Assembly: GCA_000961765.1 (NCBI GenBank) | Contig: LADT01000026.1 | Location: 88,541-152,540, forward strand | Origin: Clostridiaceae bacterium BRH_c20a | GTDB lineage: Bacteria > Bacillota > Peptococcia > Peptococcales > BICA1-8 | Direction of reading: 5' to 3' | DNA: 64,000 bases | Shown here: positions 18,913-29,280 of the stretch, piece after piece | Numbering within the stretch: position 1 is the stretch's first letter | Layout: each line of letters begins with the position of its first letter | Program-made: the position numbers and the translations under genes | Notes under the pieces: generated by a model | Database searches by the model: none | What the model was told of the DNA's origin: nothing | The model's input: only the letters and a program-made list of their open reading frames with translations

Positions 18913-20892
18913 GTGGGAATATTTGTGTATACTGATTGGGTTTTTCATAATTCACATGATATCTCTTATCGAAGTCCTTTTGGAGCGGTTACTTGTAACC
19001 AAGAAGTTTTATTAAAAATTGAAATGCTGAAACCTGTGGACAAAGTTATTTTGCGGTTATGGAAAGATGGTGCAGAAGAACAAGTAGAGATGCGGCTAAT
19101 AGAGATTCAAGAAGGTAAAAGAATCTACGGGGAAAAAATTAAAGCACCATCGAAACCGCTGCAGCTATGGTATTTTTTTATTATATATCTAAAAGGGAAG
19201 AAATATTATTACGGTAATTTCACAAACTATGGAGGTATAGGGGTTACACAGGAATGGGAACCACTTTCTTATCAGATTACTGTCTATAAGGAAGGTGCCA
19301 ATACTCCCCAGTGGTTTAAAGAATCTGTAATGTATCAAATATTTGTCGATAGGTTTTTTAATGGTCATGAAGACCAAAAAATTATCAATAAAAAGGAAAA
19401 TAAGTATGATTATCACTATCCTGCCTGGGAGGAAAATGTAAAACCTTATCGTATATACCAAGAAAAAGGGGAAATTCAAGGCTTTGATATTTATGGTGGA
19501 AATTTATTGGGTATCATTAAAAAGCTTCCCTATTTAAAAGAACTGGGAATTAATATCCTTTATCTAAACCCAATTTTCGAAGCACCCAGTAACCATAAAT
19601 ATGATACAGCAGATTATAAAAACATTGATTCTATGTTTGGCGATAATGAAACCTTTAAAACCTTATGTCTAAAGGCACAAGAAATGGGTATAAGTATTAT
19701 TTTAGACGGTGTTTTTAGTCATACCGGCAGTGACAGTATTTATTTTAATAAGGAAGGTACTTATGATAGTCTCGGTGCCTTTCAATCCGAAGAGTCACCT
19801 TTTTTTCCTTGGTATTCCTTTCAAAAACATTGTGATGAATACCACTGCTGGTGGGGTATTGACACTTTACCAAATGTTAATGAAATGGATCCTGCTTATA
19901 GAAATTTCATTATCCATGATGAAAATAGTGTTATTAAATATTGGATGCAAATGGGTGCCAAAGGCTGGCGCTTAGATGTAGCTGATGAATTACCTGATGA
20001 GTTTATAAAGGAAATTCGAAGTGCTATGAAGGCTATAGATCCTGAGTCAATTTTAATTGGCGAGGTGTGGGAAGATGCTTCCCGTAAAGTTAGCTATCAC
20101 AAACTTAGAGAGTATTTCCTGGGCGAAGAATTAGATTCTGTAATGAATTATCCTTTTCGAGAGATAATGCTGGAATTTTTTAAGGGTCAGAGAAATGCTT
20201 TTGAAGCGAGTAGAGCTTTATTAAGCATTAGCGAAAATTACCCGACACATAATTTTTATGCCAATATGAACATAATAGGTAGTCATGATGTACCAAGAAT
20301 TTTTACAGTTTTAGGAGATACTCCCCACGAAGATGCTTTATCACGGGAGGAACAGGCCAATTTAAAGCTAACTCCCTCCCAGAGGAATTTAGCCAGTAAA
20401 AGATTAAAGTTATTTACTTTAATACAAATGACCTTTCCGGGGGTTCCATGTATATATTACGGAGATGAAGCCGGGATGGCAGGATATAAAGATCCCTTAA
20501 ACAGAGGGCCTTACCCCTGGGGTAAAGAAGATCAGGATATTTTAAGCTGGTATAAGAAAATAATCTCCATTAGAAATAAATATGATGTTTTAAAGACAGG
20601 GGAATGGTATCCTCTAAATATCAATAAGGATGTATTTGGTTATCTAAGAATAATTAAGGATAATAAAGATGTATTTTACCAGAAGAAAAATAATAATGTA
20701 TCTGTCCTTATAGTAAACCGATGTATTATTAAAGATATAGAAATTACTATAGATATGATTAAGCATGTATCAGAATGCAGACTATACAATGTGCTGGAAG
20801 AAAATAGCCACTTTGATGTAAAGGATGGATTCCTAAAACTAAAGCTCAATCCTTTGGAAGGAAAGTTATTACTAAAAAACACTATTTTATAA
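18913..20892 (+). CDS. GH13 alpha-amylase-family enzyme (neopullulanase/cyclomaltodextrinase-like)
   Basis: GH13 regions DGVFSHT, GWRLDVADE, GEVWED and GSHDVPR. The GTG at 18925 after GGTGGG is the more likely start. Confidence 0.85.
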   Translation: MGIFVYTDWVFHNSHDISYRSPFGAVTCNQEVLLKIEMLKPVDKVILRLWKDGAEEQVEMRLIEIQEGKRIYGEKIKAPSKPLQLWYFFIIYLKGKKYYYGNFTNYGGIGVTQEWEPLSYQITVYKEGANTPQWFKESVMYQIFVDRFFNGHEDQKIINKKENKYDYHYPAWEENVKPYRIYQEKGEIQGFDIYGGNLLGIIKKLPYLKELGINILYLNPIFEAPSNHKYDTADYKNIDSMFGDNETFKTLCLKAQEMGISIILDGVFSHTGSDSIYFNKEGTYDSLGAFQSEESPFFPWYSFQKHCDEYHCWWGIDTLPNVNEMDPAYRNFIIHDENSVIKYWMQMGAKGWRLDVADELPDEFIKEIRSAMKAIDPESILIGEVWEDASRKVSYHKLREYFLGEELDSVMNYPFREIMLEFFKGQRNAFEASRALLSISENYPTHNFYANMNIIGSHDVPRIFTVLGDTPHEDALSREEQANLKLTPSQRNLASKRLKLFTLIQMTFPGVPCIYYGDEAGMAGYKDPLNRGPYPWGKEDQDILSWYKKIISIRNKYDVLKTGEWYPLNINKDVFGYLRIIKDNKDVFYQKKNNNVSVLIVNRCIIKDIEITIDMIKHVSECRLYNVLEENSHFDVKDGFLKLKLNPLEGKLLLKNTIL

Positions 20893-20908
20893 ATTGTGAG
20901 GAATAAAA

Positions 20909-22405
20909 ATGAAACTAATAAAGGGCAGTGGGGTATTATTACATCCTACTTCATTCCCTAGTGAATATGGAATAGGGGATTTAGGTCAAGAAGCCTATAA
21001 ATTTGTGGACTTTTTATATAATAGCGGACAAAAATACTGGCAGGTATTACCTTTTAATCCTCCCGGGTTTGGAGAATCTCCTTACCAAGCTTTTTCGGCT
21101 TTTGCAGGAAACCCTCTATTAATTAGCCCGGATAAACTAAGACAAGAAGGGCTTTTAGAAAGCAATGATATGGAAAGGGTTACTCAATATAATGAAAATA
21201 TAGTAGAATTTGAAAAGGTAAGAAAATATAAAGATCAATTACTCAGGACTGCATTTAAGAAGTTCAATTCAGATAATTGTACTATGTATCAGGATTTTGA
21301 AAAAAATAATATTCTGTGGTTAGAAAACTATTCTCTATTTATGGCCTTGAAAAATTACTTTGGAGGTTCGAGTTGGAACCAGTGGAATAGATTAGCCGCG
21401 AAAAGAGATGAAGAAGCTTTAAGTCGGTATAGAAATTTACTGCAGGATGAAATTGAATATCAAAAGTTTTTACAATTTAAGTTTTTCACCCAATGGCTGG
21501 AATTAAAAGAGTATACTAATTTAAAAGGGATAAAAATAATTGGAGATATTCCAATTTTTGTGGCTTTGGATAGTGCTGATGTCTGGGCTAATCCCCATTT
21601 ATTCTGTTTGGATGAAGCCGGAAATCCGCTTAAAGTCGCAGGAGTCCCGCCCGATTACTTTAGTAAAACCGGTCAGCTTTGGGGTAATCCTCATTATGAC
21701 TGGGTTCGTATGGAAGAAGACGGGTATAAATGGTGGAGGCAAAGATTTATTACTATTTTGGGATTGGTGGATTTTGTTCGGTTAGATCATTTTAGAGGTT
21801 TTGAGGCTTACTGGGAAATTCCTTTTGGTGAGGAATCTGCAATAAATGGTAAGTGGGTAAAAGGGCCGGGGGAAAGCTTTTTTTCTACCCTGGAAAAAAA
21901 CCTGGGAAAAATGCCTATTATTGCTGAGGATTTGGGAATTATAACTTCAGAGGTGGTCCAATTAAAGAATAAATTTGGCTTCCCAGGGATGAAAATATTG
22001 CAATTTATTTTGGAAGATACCACCCAAGAGGTTATTTTACCCCTTAATTTTGATTATAATTCAGTAGTTTATACGGGGACCCATGATAATGATACAATAT
22101 TGGGTTGGTTTAATAACCACTATATGGAAAAAAATAAAATACAAAAAGTTTTTGAAAATAATTTGGGTATATTCCCCAATATGAGTGGGGATGAAGTTTG
22201 TTGGCGCTTTATTGAGATAGCCCTACAGTCCAGTTCAGCTTTAGCTTTAATACCCCTGCAGGATATACTTGGTCTAGATAGTTCAGCACGGATGAATTAC
22301 CCTGGCACCTTAGGCAACAATTGGAATTGGAGGTTTAAAAAAGGAGATTTAACTAAGGAGATAGAAACAAGACTATATCAACTAGTACAGGCTTATAGCA
22401 GGTAA
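20909..22405 (+). CDS. malQ: 4-alpha-glucanotransferase (amylomaltase, GH77)
   Basis: GVLLHPTS...GIGDLG N-terminus, with the DHFRGF and GTHDNDT motifs. Confidence 0.9.
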   Translation: MKLIKGSGVLLHPTSFPSEYGIGDLGQEAYKFVDFLYNSGQKYWQVLPFNPPGFGESPYQAFSAFAGNPLLISPDKLRQEGLLESNDMERVTQYNENIVEFEKVRKYKDQLLRTAFKKFNSDNCTMYQDFEKNNILWLENYSLFMALKNYFGGSSWNQWNRLAAKRDEEALSRYRNLLQDEIEYQKFLQFKFFTQWLELKEYTNLKGIKIIGDIPIFVALDSADVWANPHLFCLDEAGNPLKVAGVPPDYFSKTGQLWGNPHYDWVRMEEDGYKWWRQRFITILGLVDFVRLDHFRGFEAYWEIPFGEESAINGKWVKGPGESFFSTLEKNLGKMPIIAEDLGIITSEVVQLKNKFGFPGMKILQFILEDTTQEVILPLNFDYNSVVYTGTHDNDTILGWFNNHYMEKNKIQKVFENNLGIFPNMSGDEVCWRFIEIALQSSSALALIPLQDILGLDSSARMNYPGTLGNNWNWRFKKGDLTKEIETRLYQLVQAYSR

Positions 22406-22417
22406 ATGAGGTGTATC

Positions 22418-23392
22418 ATGAATGAAAATTATATTTTAGGCCTCGATATAGGAGGAACCTCGATTAAAGCAGGTATAGTTAACAAATGGGGAAATCTAAA
22501 GGGTTTTCAAACAATACCTACCAACTCAAGTCAAGGACCTGACCAGGTTCTTGCAACCATTAATACCTTAATTCAATACTATCAAGAGCAAGATTCAATA
22601 AGCGGTATTGGAATTGCTTTAGCTGGTTCTATTAATAATAAAGCTGGAGTCTGCATTTATAGCCCAAACCTAAATTGGAGAAATGTAGCCATAGGTAAAA
22701 TTATCGAAGATTCTACGGGGACAGAGGTAAGGTTAATTAATGATGCTAATGCTGCCTGCCTAGGGGAGTATTTTTTTGGAGCTGGAAGGAGTTATAATAA
22801 TATTATTTGTATAACAATAGGAACCGGAATCGGCTCCGGCGTTATTTTAGATAACAAGCTTTTTACCGGCAACTCAGGTTTGGCACCGGAGGTCGGTCAT
22901 ATGGTACTTATCAAGGATGGACCCCGGTGCTCCTGTGGAAGAAAAGGTTGTTGGGAAGCACTAGTATCTGCCTCTGCTATTATAAAAAGGGCGGCTGTGG
23001 AAATTAATACTGGTACATCCACAATGCTTAATGAATTAACAGGTGGGGAGAAGGATTCGCTTACTGTCCAATATATATTTAAAGCCTGGCAGGCAGGAGA
23101 CTCTCTGGCAGTTGACATTATGACGGAAGTAAAAGAGTATTTGGCTTTGGGTTTAGCCAATTTAGTTAACATTCTTAATCCAAAATGCATTGTCTTAGGT
23201 GGCGGAATCATTGACTTAGATAGTGAACTTACCGCTGGATTAGAGGATATGGTTAAAGAACTTTCTTTTCCTAGTTTTAAAGATACTGTTCTAATTAAAA
23301 AAGCCAAATTAGGTAATAAGGCAGGTTTAGTTGGTGGTGCTAGTCTTTTCTTAAAAGAAATAGAAACTTTGGGAGGTCAATATGTTAATTGA
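22418..23392 (+). CDS. glk: ROK-family glucokinase
   Basis: LGLDIGGTSIK ATP motif and the ROK Cys motif GHMVL...CSCGRKGCWE. The ATG at 22418 follows GAGGTG. Confidence 0.85.
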   Translation: MNENYILGLDIGGTSIKAGIVNKWGNLKGFQTIPTNSSQGPDQVLATINTLIQYYQEQDSISGIGIALAGSINNKAGVCIYSPNLNWRNVAIGKIIEDSTGTEVRLINDANAACLGEYFFGAGRSYNNIICITIGTGIGSGVILDNKLFTGNSGLAPEVGHMVLIKDGPRCSCGRKGCWEALVSASAIIKRAAVEINTGTSTMLNELTGGEKDSLTVQYIFKAWQAGDSLAVDIMTEVKEYLALGLANLVNILNPKCIVLGGGIIDLDSELTAGLEDMVKELSFPSFKDTVLIKKAKLGNKAGLVGGASLFLKEIETLGGQYVN

Positions 23393-24152
23393 TGTGTCGT
23401 TACAATCAGGGTTGCCTTTAAAAGTAAACACAAGTGAATTTATCTTGGAACTTGAGGAAGGAGTTATTTCCGAAAATGTAGATATTAGATCCAAAGCACA
23501 GATGAAGGAAGTGCTGTTAACTGATAGTGGGGACGAAAAGAGAAAATTATATTATATGTATCGAGATGTTCATCTGGTTAAGGATGAGGCTGAAATAAGG
23601 AAAAGAGGCTTGCGCTATGATATTACTATAATACCACCAGGTAAAATAGGTAAGGAATATATAAAAACAGCGGGGCACTACCATCCTATTAAACCAGGCA
23701 CTAATCTTACTTACCCCGAAATATATGAGGTTATAATGGGTAAAGCCCATTATTTATTACAAAGAAAAAAGGTTAATTCCGATGAAGTAGATAAAGTAAT
23801 TGTTATTGAGGCTCAAGCAGGGGATAAGATCTTTATTCCGCCTGGCTATGGACATATAACTATTAATCCGCTAAAAGAATTACTGGTAATGTCTAATTGG
23901 ATAGCCGAAGAATTTAAATCTGATTATGGACCGATAAGGAGCAAAAGGGGTGGGGCATTTTTTGAAATTGAAGAAGATAATGAAGTAAAGTGGATACCCA
24001 ATACTACTTATAATAGTAATTTGGTTTTAGAAGAAATTGATCTGAAAGATGACCAACAATTCAAGTTTGATTTTAAAAAGCCTTTATATGAAGCCCTTTA
24101 TGAAGATAAGGAGGTGCTAGAAATTTTAGTAAACCCTAAGGGAGATTATTAA
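23382..24152 (+). CDS. pgiA: Cupin-type glucose-6-phosphate isomerase (archaeal-type cPGI)
   Basis: TAGHYHP and PPGYGHITIN metal-binding cupin motifs. Confidence 0.7.
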   Translation: MLIDVSLQSGLPLKVNTSEFILELEEGVISENVDIRSKAQMKEVLLTDSGDEKRKLYYMYRDVHLVKDEAEIRKRGLRYDITIIPPGKIGKEYIKTAGHYHPIKPGTNLTYPEIYEVIMGKAHYLLQRKKVNSDEVDKVIVIEAQAGDKIFIPPGYGHITINPLKELLVMSNWIAEEFKSDYGPIRSKRGGAFFEIEEDNEVKWIPNTTYNSNLVLEEIDLKDDQQFKFDFKKPLYEALYEDKEVLEILVNPKGDY

Positions 24153-24173
24153 AGAAGGAAAAGGAGGAAAAAG

Positions 24174-25337
24174 ATGAATATCCATGAATATCAGGGAAAA
24201 GAGATACTGCGTAATTACAGTGTTTCTGTACCCAAAGGAATAGTTGCCTTTAGTGTTGAAGAAGCAGAAGAAGCTTCTAAAGAACTTGGTACAGCTGTAA
24301 CGGTAGTAAAAGCCCAAATTCATGCAGGAGGTCGCGGTAAAGCCGGAGGAGTAAAGGTGGCCCGAAACCTAGAGGAAGTACGTGCCTATGCCGGCGAAAT
24401 TCTTGGCAAATGCCTAGTAACCCATCAGACGGGCCCCGAAGGCAAGGTGGTAAAACGCTTACTTATTGAGGAAGGGTGTAATATAAAAAAAGAATATTAT
24501 ATCGGAATGGTTTTAGACCGGTCAACCTCCCGGGTGGTTATGATGGGCTCTGAGGAAGGCGGTACAGAAATTGAGGAAGTAGCGGAGCATACACCGGAAA
24601 AGATTTTTAAAGAAATAGTTGACCCAGTTGTCGGCTTACAAGGGTTTCAAGCTCGCCGTCTAGCTTTTAATATTAACATTCCCCCCGAACTAGTGGGTAA
24701 AGCAGTTAAATTTATGCTGGGCCTATACCGGGTTTTTGTAGAAAAGGATTGTTCTATTGCGGAGATTAACCCTCTAGTGGTTACCGCTGAAGGTGATGTA
24801 ATGGCCTTAGATGCCAAATTCAATTTTGATTCCAATGCTCTTTATCGTCACCAAGATATCTTAGCTTACCGGGACTTAGATGAAGAAGATCCCAAAGAGA
24901 TTGCAGCCTCCGAATATGACTTAAGCTATATTTCACTAGATGGTAACATAGGCTGTATGGTCAATGGTGCGGGGCTAGCTATGGCTACCATGGATATTAT
25001 TAAACATTACGGCGGTGACCCGGCAAACTTCCTTGATGTAGGAGGAGGAGCAACAGCCCAAAAGGTTACAGAAGCCTTTAAGATTATCCTCTCTGATCAG
25101 AATGTCAAAGGAATCTTTGTAAATATTTTTGGCGGAATTATGAAGTGTGATATTATTGCCGAAGGTATTATTGAAGCCACTAAGCAAGTAGGTTTAGAGC
25201 TCCCACTAGTTGTTCGTTTGGAAGGAACAAATGTAGAACTAGGCAAAAAAATGTTAAACAATTCAGGATTAAACATAGTAACCGCTAACTCCATGGCCGA
25301 TGGTGCGGAGAAAATTGTCTCATTATTAAATCTGTAA
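24174..25337 (+). CDS. sucC: Succinyl-CoA synthetase beta subunit
   Basis: [12 protein letters not shown]... with the ATP-grasp [15 protein letters not shown] motif. Confidence 0.95.
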   Translation: MNIHEYQGKEILRNYSVSVPKGIVAFSVEEAEEASKELGTAVTVVKAQIHAGGRGKAGGVKVARNLEEVRAYAGEILGKCLVTHQTGPEGKVVKRLLIEEGCNIKKEYYIGMVLDRSTSRVVMMGSEEGGTEIEEVAEHTPEKIFKEIVDPVVGLQGFQARRLAFNINIPPELVGKAVKFMLGLYRVFVEKDCSIAEINPLVVTAEGDVMALDAKFNFDSNALYRHQDILAYRDLDEEDPKEIAASEYDLSYISLDGNIGCMVNGAGLAMATMDIIKHYGGDPANFLDVGGGATAQKVTEAFKIILSDQNVKGIFVNIFGGIMKCDIIAEGIIEATKQVGLELPLVVRLEGTNVELGKKMLNNSGLNIVTANSMADGAEKIVSLLNL

Positions 25338-25352
25338 AGGTGGTGACAAGAA

Positions 25353-26258
25353 ATGAGTATTTTAATAAATAAAGATACTAAGGTACTGGTTCAGGGTATT
25401 ACTGGTTCTGTTGGTCTCTTCCATACCCAGCAGATGTTGGAATATGGTACTAAAATTGTTGCCGGCGTAACCCCAGGAAAAGGCAGAACAACAATTGAGG
25501 GTGTACCGGTATTTAATACTGTAGTAGATGCAGTTAAAGCAACCGGAGCTAATGTCTCCATTATTTATGTACCACCGGCTTTTGCCGCAGATGCTATTAT
25601 GGAAGCGGTAGAAGGGGAACTAGACCTGGCTATTTGTATTACCGAAGGAATTCCTGTTCTGGACATGGTAAATGTCAGACGTTACATGGAAGGGAAGAAA
25701 ACCCGCTTGATTGGCCCCAACTGTCCGGGTGTCATTACCCCCGAAGAATGCAAAATAGGTATTATGCCCGGATATATACATCGTAAAGGGCATGTGGGAG
25801 TAGTATCCCGCTCAGGGACCCTAACCTATGAAGCAGTTCATCAGCTGACTAATGCAGGTATTGGTCAATCAACTGCAGTAGGTATAGGTGGGGACCCGGT
25901 TAATGGTACCAACTTTATCGATGTTTTAAAGCTTTTCAATGAAGATAAGGATACATATGCTGTCATTATGATTGGGGAAATTGGCGGTACTGCTGAAGAG
26001 GAAGCTGCACAATGGGTAAAAGCTAATATGACTAAGCCTGTTGTTGGCTTCATTGGTGGACAGACAGCACCTCCCGGAAAACGCATGGGACATGCAGGAG
26101 CTATTATCTCAGGGGGTAAAGGTACAGCCGCCGAAAAGATAAAAACTATGAATGAAAACGGTATCAAAGTAGCCGAAACACCTGCAGTTATGGGTGAAAC
26201 CCTGGTTTCTGTTTTAAAGGAGAAAGGTCTCCTAGAGAAATGTATAACCCATAAGTAA
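25353..26258 (+). CDS. sucD: Succinyl-CoA synthetase alpha subunit
   Basis: [16 protein letters not shown] and GHAGAII (phosphohistidine loop). Confidence 0.95.
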   Translation: MSILINKDTKVLVQGITGSVGLFHTQQMLEYGTKIVAGVTPGKGRTTIEGVPVFNTVVDAVKATGANVSIIYVPPAFAADAIMEAVEGELDLAICITEGIPVLDMVNVRRYMEGKKTRLIGPNCPGVITPEECKIGIMPGYIHRKGHVGVVSRSGTLTYEAVHQLTNAGIGQSTAVGIGGDPVNGTNFIDVLKLFNEDKDTYAVIMIGEIGGTAEEEAAQWVKANMTKPVVGFIGGQTAPPGKRMGHAGAIISGGKGTAAEKIKTMNENGIKVAETPAVMGETLVSVLKEKGLLEKCITHK

Positions 26259-26264
26259 GATATT

Positions 26265-26292
26265 AAGCCAGGAGGGGACTCCTGGCTTTCTC
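26265..26292 (+). terminator. Hairpin after sucD
   Basis: AAGCCAGGAG-ggga-CTCCTGGCTT. Confidence 0.6.
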
Positions 26293-26320
26293 GTTGGCAT
26301 AAAGTTCAATTAAGAGTATG

Positions 26321-26809
26321 TTAGTTGGAAATTTTACTGGCTCCAATATTTACTTCATGTCCAGTACCAATGTGACAGATATAGCATTCTTGTTCGGTTT
26401 TGATATACTCTAAATGGTCGCTATTGTTATTAATCTTTATGACATTCGGATAATCTTTAAATTGTCCGATATGACAACCAAAACATCTTGCTTCACTAAT
26501 AAAAGAGGCATCAATAATAGGTTCTATATAATTCCCTGTTTTATCGGAGATATAATAATTTAGCCCTCTAGCTTTGGAATGTAATTTTCCTAGTGAACCA
26601 GTTGGTTCATGGCAATTCATACAATTTACTTCCTTATGGGGTGAAGTATTCCATGAAGCTACATATGGTTCAACATAATGACAGCCACTACAAAATTCAG
26701 GTGTAGAAGTATAGTAATAAACCCCCATAAAGGAGCCGTAGCCTATTAGATAAATAACTACTAAGGTAATTAAAAAAGAGAATATTATTTTAGCAACAGC
26801 CTTGAGCAT
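26321..26809 (-). CDS. NapC/NirT-family membrane-anchored tetraheme cytochrome c
   Basis: N-terminal TM helix and four CxxCH motifs (CSGCH, CMNCH, CFGCH, CYICH). Confidence 0.8.
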   Translation of the reverse strand: MLKAVAKIIFSFLITLVVIYLIGYGSFMGVYYYTSTPEFCSGCHYVEPYVASWNTSPHKEVNCMNCHEPTGSLGKLHSKARGLNYYISDKTGNYIEPIIDASFISEARCFGCHIGQFKDYPNVIKINNNSDHLEYIKTEQECYICHIGTGHEVNIGASKISN

Positions 26810-27144
26810 AGTAAATACACATCCTATTGCAATGAAATACTATAAGATAGTATTTCATATAAGGACTATTCTAAACCTTAAAAGCACATATTTATTTAAT
26901 AGTAGAAAAGTCCAACCAAGAGGTTAACATCTATTAAGGTTATCAGTAAATATTTTTATTCCTCTAGTTCCGTTAAAATTGTTGTTCCTGTTGACACGTT
27001 TGATATTTTTATTTCCTCCTTCTTGAATCAAATGGTCTTTCATTACTAATTTATTCATAAAAAATGATATTTGTTAATTTCTGAATAATTATTTCCTATT
27101 AGGGCAACTTGATAACGTTAAGCTAGGCAGAGAGAGGTTATTCT

Positions 27145-27888
27145 GTGTATTATTTATTTGAATTTAGCGAAATAATACAGGCTTTTAGTCATTCATTTGC
27201 TGTTTTTGTTTTACTATTAATTCTTACCAGAATTATTGGTAAAAAATTTTTAGGTCAAATGACTTTTTTTGATTTTGTCACAGGTATTACTATTGGCACC
27301 ATAGGGGGTGCTTATGTAACTACTGAAGTCAATGGAGCTAATGTCTTATTTGGCCCAATTTTCTTAACCATTTTTGTATTTCTAACTGGAGTACTAACCT
27401 TCAAGAGTATACCGGCAAGAAAAATTATTGAAGGAGAGCCCTTAGTAGTAATTCAAAACGGTAAGATATTTGAAAACAATATGAGAAAAATTAGATATAA
27501 TTCAGATGATCTATTAATGCAGCTTCGAGAAAAGGGTGTATTTGACCTAACAGAGGTAGAATTTGCTATTTTGGAACCCCATGGTCAATTAAGTGTTCTA
27601 AAGAAAAGCCAATATTTAACCCTAACACCAAAGGATATGAATTTTAGTACTAATTATAAGGGCGTTTCTTCAGAAATTATTAGAGATGGAAAGATTGTTG
27701 CCCAAAACCTAGAACAGAATAAATTAACCCACGAATGGCTTTTTAACCAGTTAACTGCCCAAGGGGTAAGTAAGGTAGAAGATGTTTACTTAGCCACCCT
27801 TTCTACGGATGGTGTCCTATATATCGACCTGCTTAAAGACAATTTGGGTTATGTACAGAAAATTGAAGATGATAAATCATTTATATAA
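27145..27888 (+). CDS. DUF421 (YetF-like) membrane protein
   Basis: Three N-terminal TM helices, then the soluble domain GEPLVVIQNGKI...LR typical of DUF421. Confidence 0.65.
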   Translation: MYYLFEFSEIIQAFSHSFAVFVLLLILTRIIGKKFLGQMTFFDFVTGITIGTIGGAYVTTEVNGANVLFGPIFLTIFVFLTGVLTFKSIPARKIIEGEPLVVIQNGKIFENNMRKIRYNSDDLLMQLREKGVFDLTEVEFAILEPHGQLSVLKKSQYLTLTPKDMNFSTNYKGVSSEIIRDGKIVAQNLEQNKLTHEWLFNQLTAQGVSKVEDVYLATLSTDGVLYIDLLKDNLGYVQKIEDDKSFI

Positions 27889-27995
27889 TTAGTTATTTTA
27901 GAACTAAGATAGATATTAGGTTAATAAATAAATGTGTCAAAAAACAAAAAAAGCACATAGAATATAAAAAGACTAATTGAGGGAGGCAATATTCT

Positions 27996-28217
27996 ATGTA
28001 CCGACAATTGAATATGAATCAGATGAATCATAACATGCCCATGGAGATGATGTATAATCCTAATATGCCCATGATGGGTATGGGTCACAATATGATGATG
28101 GATCCGATGATGATGCATATGATGCATATGAACATGGTCTTACAGGATATTCAAAACACCGTCCACATGAACCATCATGCTTTAATGCAAATTAAGAGAA
28201 ACTTAGGAATCGAATAA
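27996..28217 (+). CDS. Small Met/His/Asn-rich protein (23 Met, 7 His in 73 aa)
   Basis: GAGGGAGG RBS 9 nt upstream and a strong terminator downstream. The antisense His-rich ORF is a complement artefact. Confidence 0.6.
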   Translation: MYRQLNMNQMNHNMPMEMMYNPNMPMMGMGHNMMMDPMMMHMMHMNMVLQDIQNTVHMNHHALMQIKRNLGIE

Positions 28218-28232
28218 AAATTATTAATGAGG

Positions 28233-28285
28233 AAAAGGCTAGCCCAACAACCGCTAAAGTTTGTTGGGGCTAGCCTTTTTCTTTT
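28233..28285 (+). terminator. Rho-independent terminator
   Basis: AAAAGGCTAGCCCAACAA-N10-TTGTTGGGGCTAGCCTTTT followed by a T-run. Confidence 0.85.
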
Positions 28286-28449
28286 TCGTTTTCGGGGACG
28301 GTTCTTGACTTGCCCAGAAATATTAGTAGATTGGACTTGTTATATTCTCCTTTTATTTTCCTAAGAAATATAAATCATTCGGTCTTCCTTGTACAAATAA
28401 TAAATTCCTTAAGAAAACAATTCATAGTGAAGGGGTTTTTATATAGGGT

Positions 28450-29172
28450 TTACTTACTATCCTTAAAATCAGATAACAAATTTTTTTCTGCAATTATTAT
28501 TACCAAGAGGGTCCATGCTGGAATATATGAAAACCAAATAATATTTTTAAGCCATGGAACAAAAGAATTGGAAAAGGCAGGATTGAAAATTGCATGAGCT
28601 ACTCCTATATCGCAGATAAACATTAGGAAACCGGATAGTGCTATAAGGTGAGAGGTTCTTGGGTTGAAATATCCTCTAAAAATGGTACATATAGATGTCC
28701 AAGTCATGTAACATAAGACAAAGCCAAACATAAATGCTCCATAAAACATTAAGCCGTTGGTGTGAGGATAAAGAAATATAAAGTGTGGTAGAAAAATACC
28801 TAGCACCGGGATGATTGCAAGAGATTCACCCCAGCCTAACTTAAAGTTTTTCTGATAAGTTACAATAAGTATGAGGTAAGCAATAAGAAATCCTCCAATA
28901 CCGAAAGGGACTACCCTTCTACTTAATTCAGGAATAGTACTACAAAAAACTAGAAAAAAATCAGAAAACATAGCGAAGAAAATAGCAAGAGTCATAAAAT
29001 TTTGTTCAGTATAATTTTTCTTAACCTTGAACGCGACGATAAATAGTGAGATTATTATGGTATATTTGATATAATTAATCATATTTACCCCAGGATAAAG
29101 GTTATCAAGGATTAAAATACATATAGTTATCGGAAGATAAATTGTAAGTAAAGCTCTTTGGACATTATTCAT
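28450..29172 (-). CDS. YhhN-family (lysoplasmalogenase-like) membrane protein
   Basis: Eight-TM hydrophobic profile and size; the call is by general resemblance only. Confidence 0.55.
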   Translation of the reverse strand: MNNVQRALLTIYLPITICILILDNLYPGVNMINYIKYTIIISLFIVAFKVKKNYTEQNFMTLAIFFAMFSDFFLVFCSTIPELSRRVVPFGIGGFLIAYLILIVTYQKNFKLGWGESLAIIPVLGIFLPHFIFLYPHTNGLMFYGAFMFGFVLCYMTWTSICTIFRGYFNPRTSHLIALSGFLMFICDIGVAHAIFNPAFSNSFVPWLKNIIWFSYIPAWTLLVIIIAEKNLLSDFKDSK

Positions 29173-29280
29173 TCAAATCTCCCCATTTAAGGCAATACTG
29201 ATTTATATATTTATATGGTTCTCTCAATAATATGAGTACTAAAAAGACAAAAAAGATAGATCAATTAGGTGGTGTAAATT

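Noticed and set aside
27921-28127. His-rich 68-aa ORF (MHHMHHHRIHHH…) on the minus strand
   Set aside because: It is the complement shadow of the Met-rich + strand ORF (ATG/CAT). Only the + strand ORF has an RBS and a downstream terminator.
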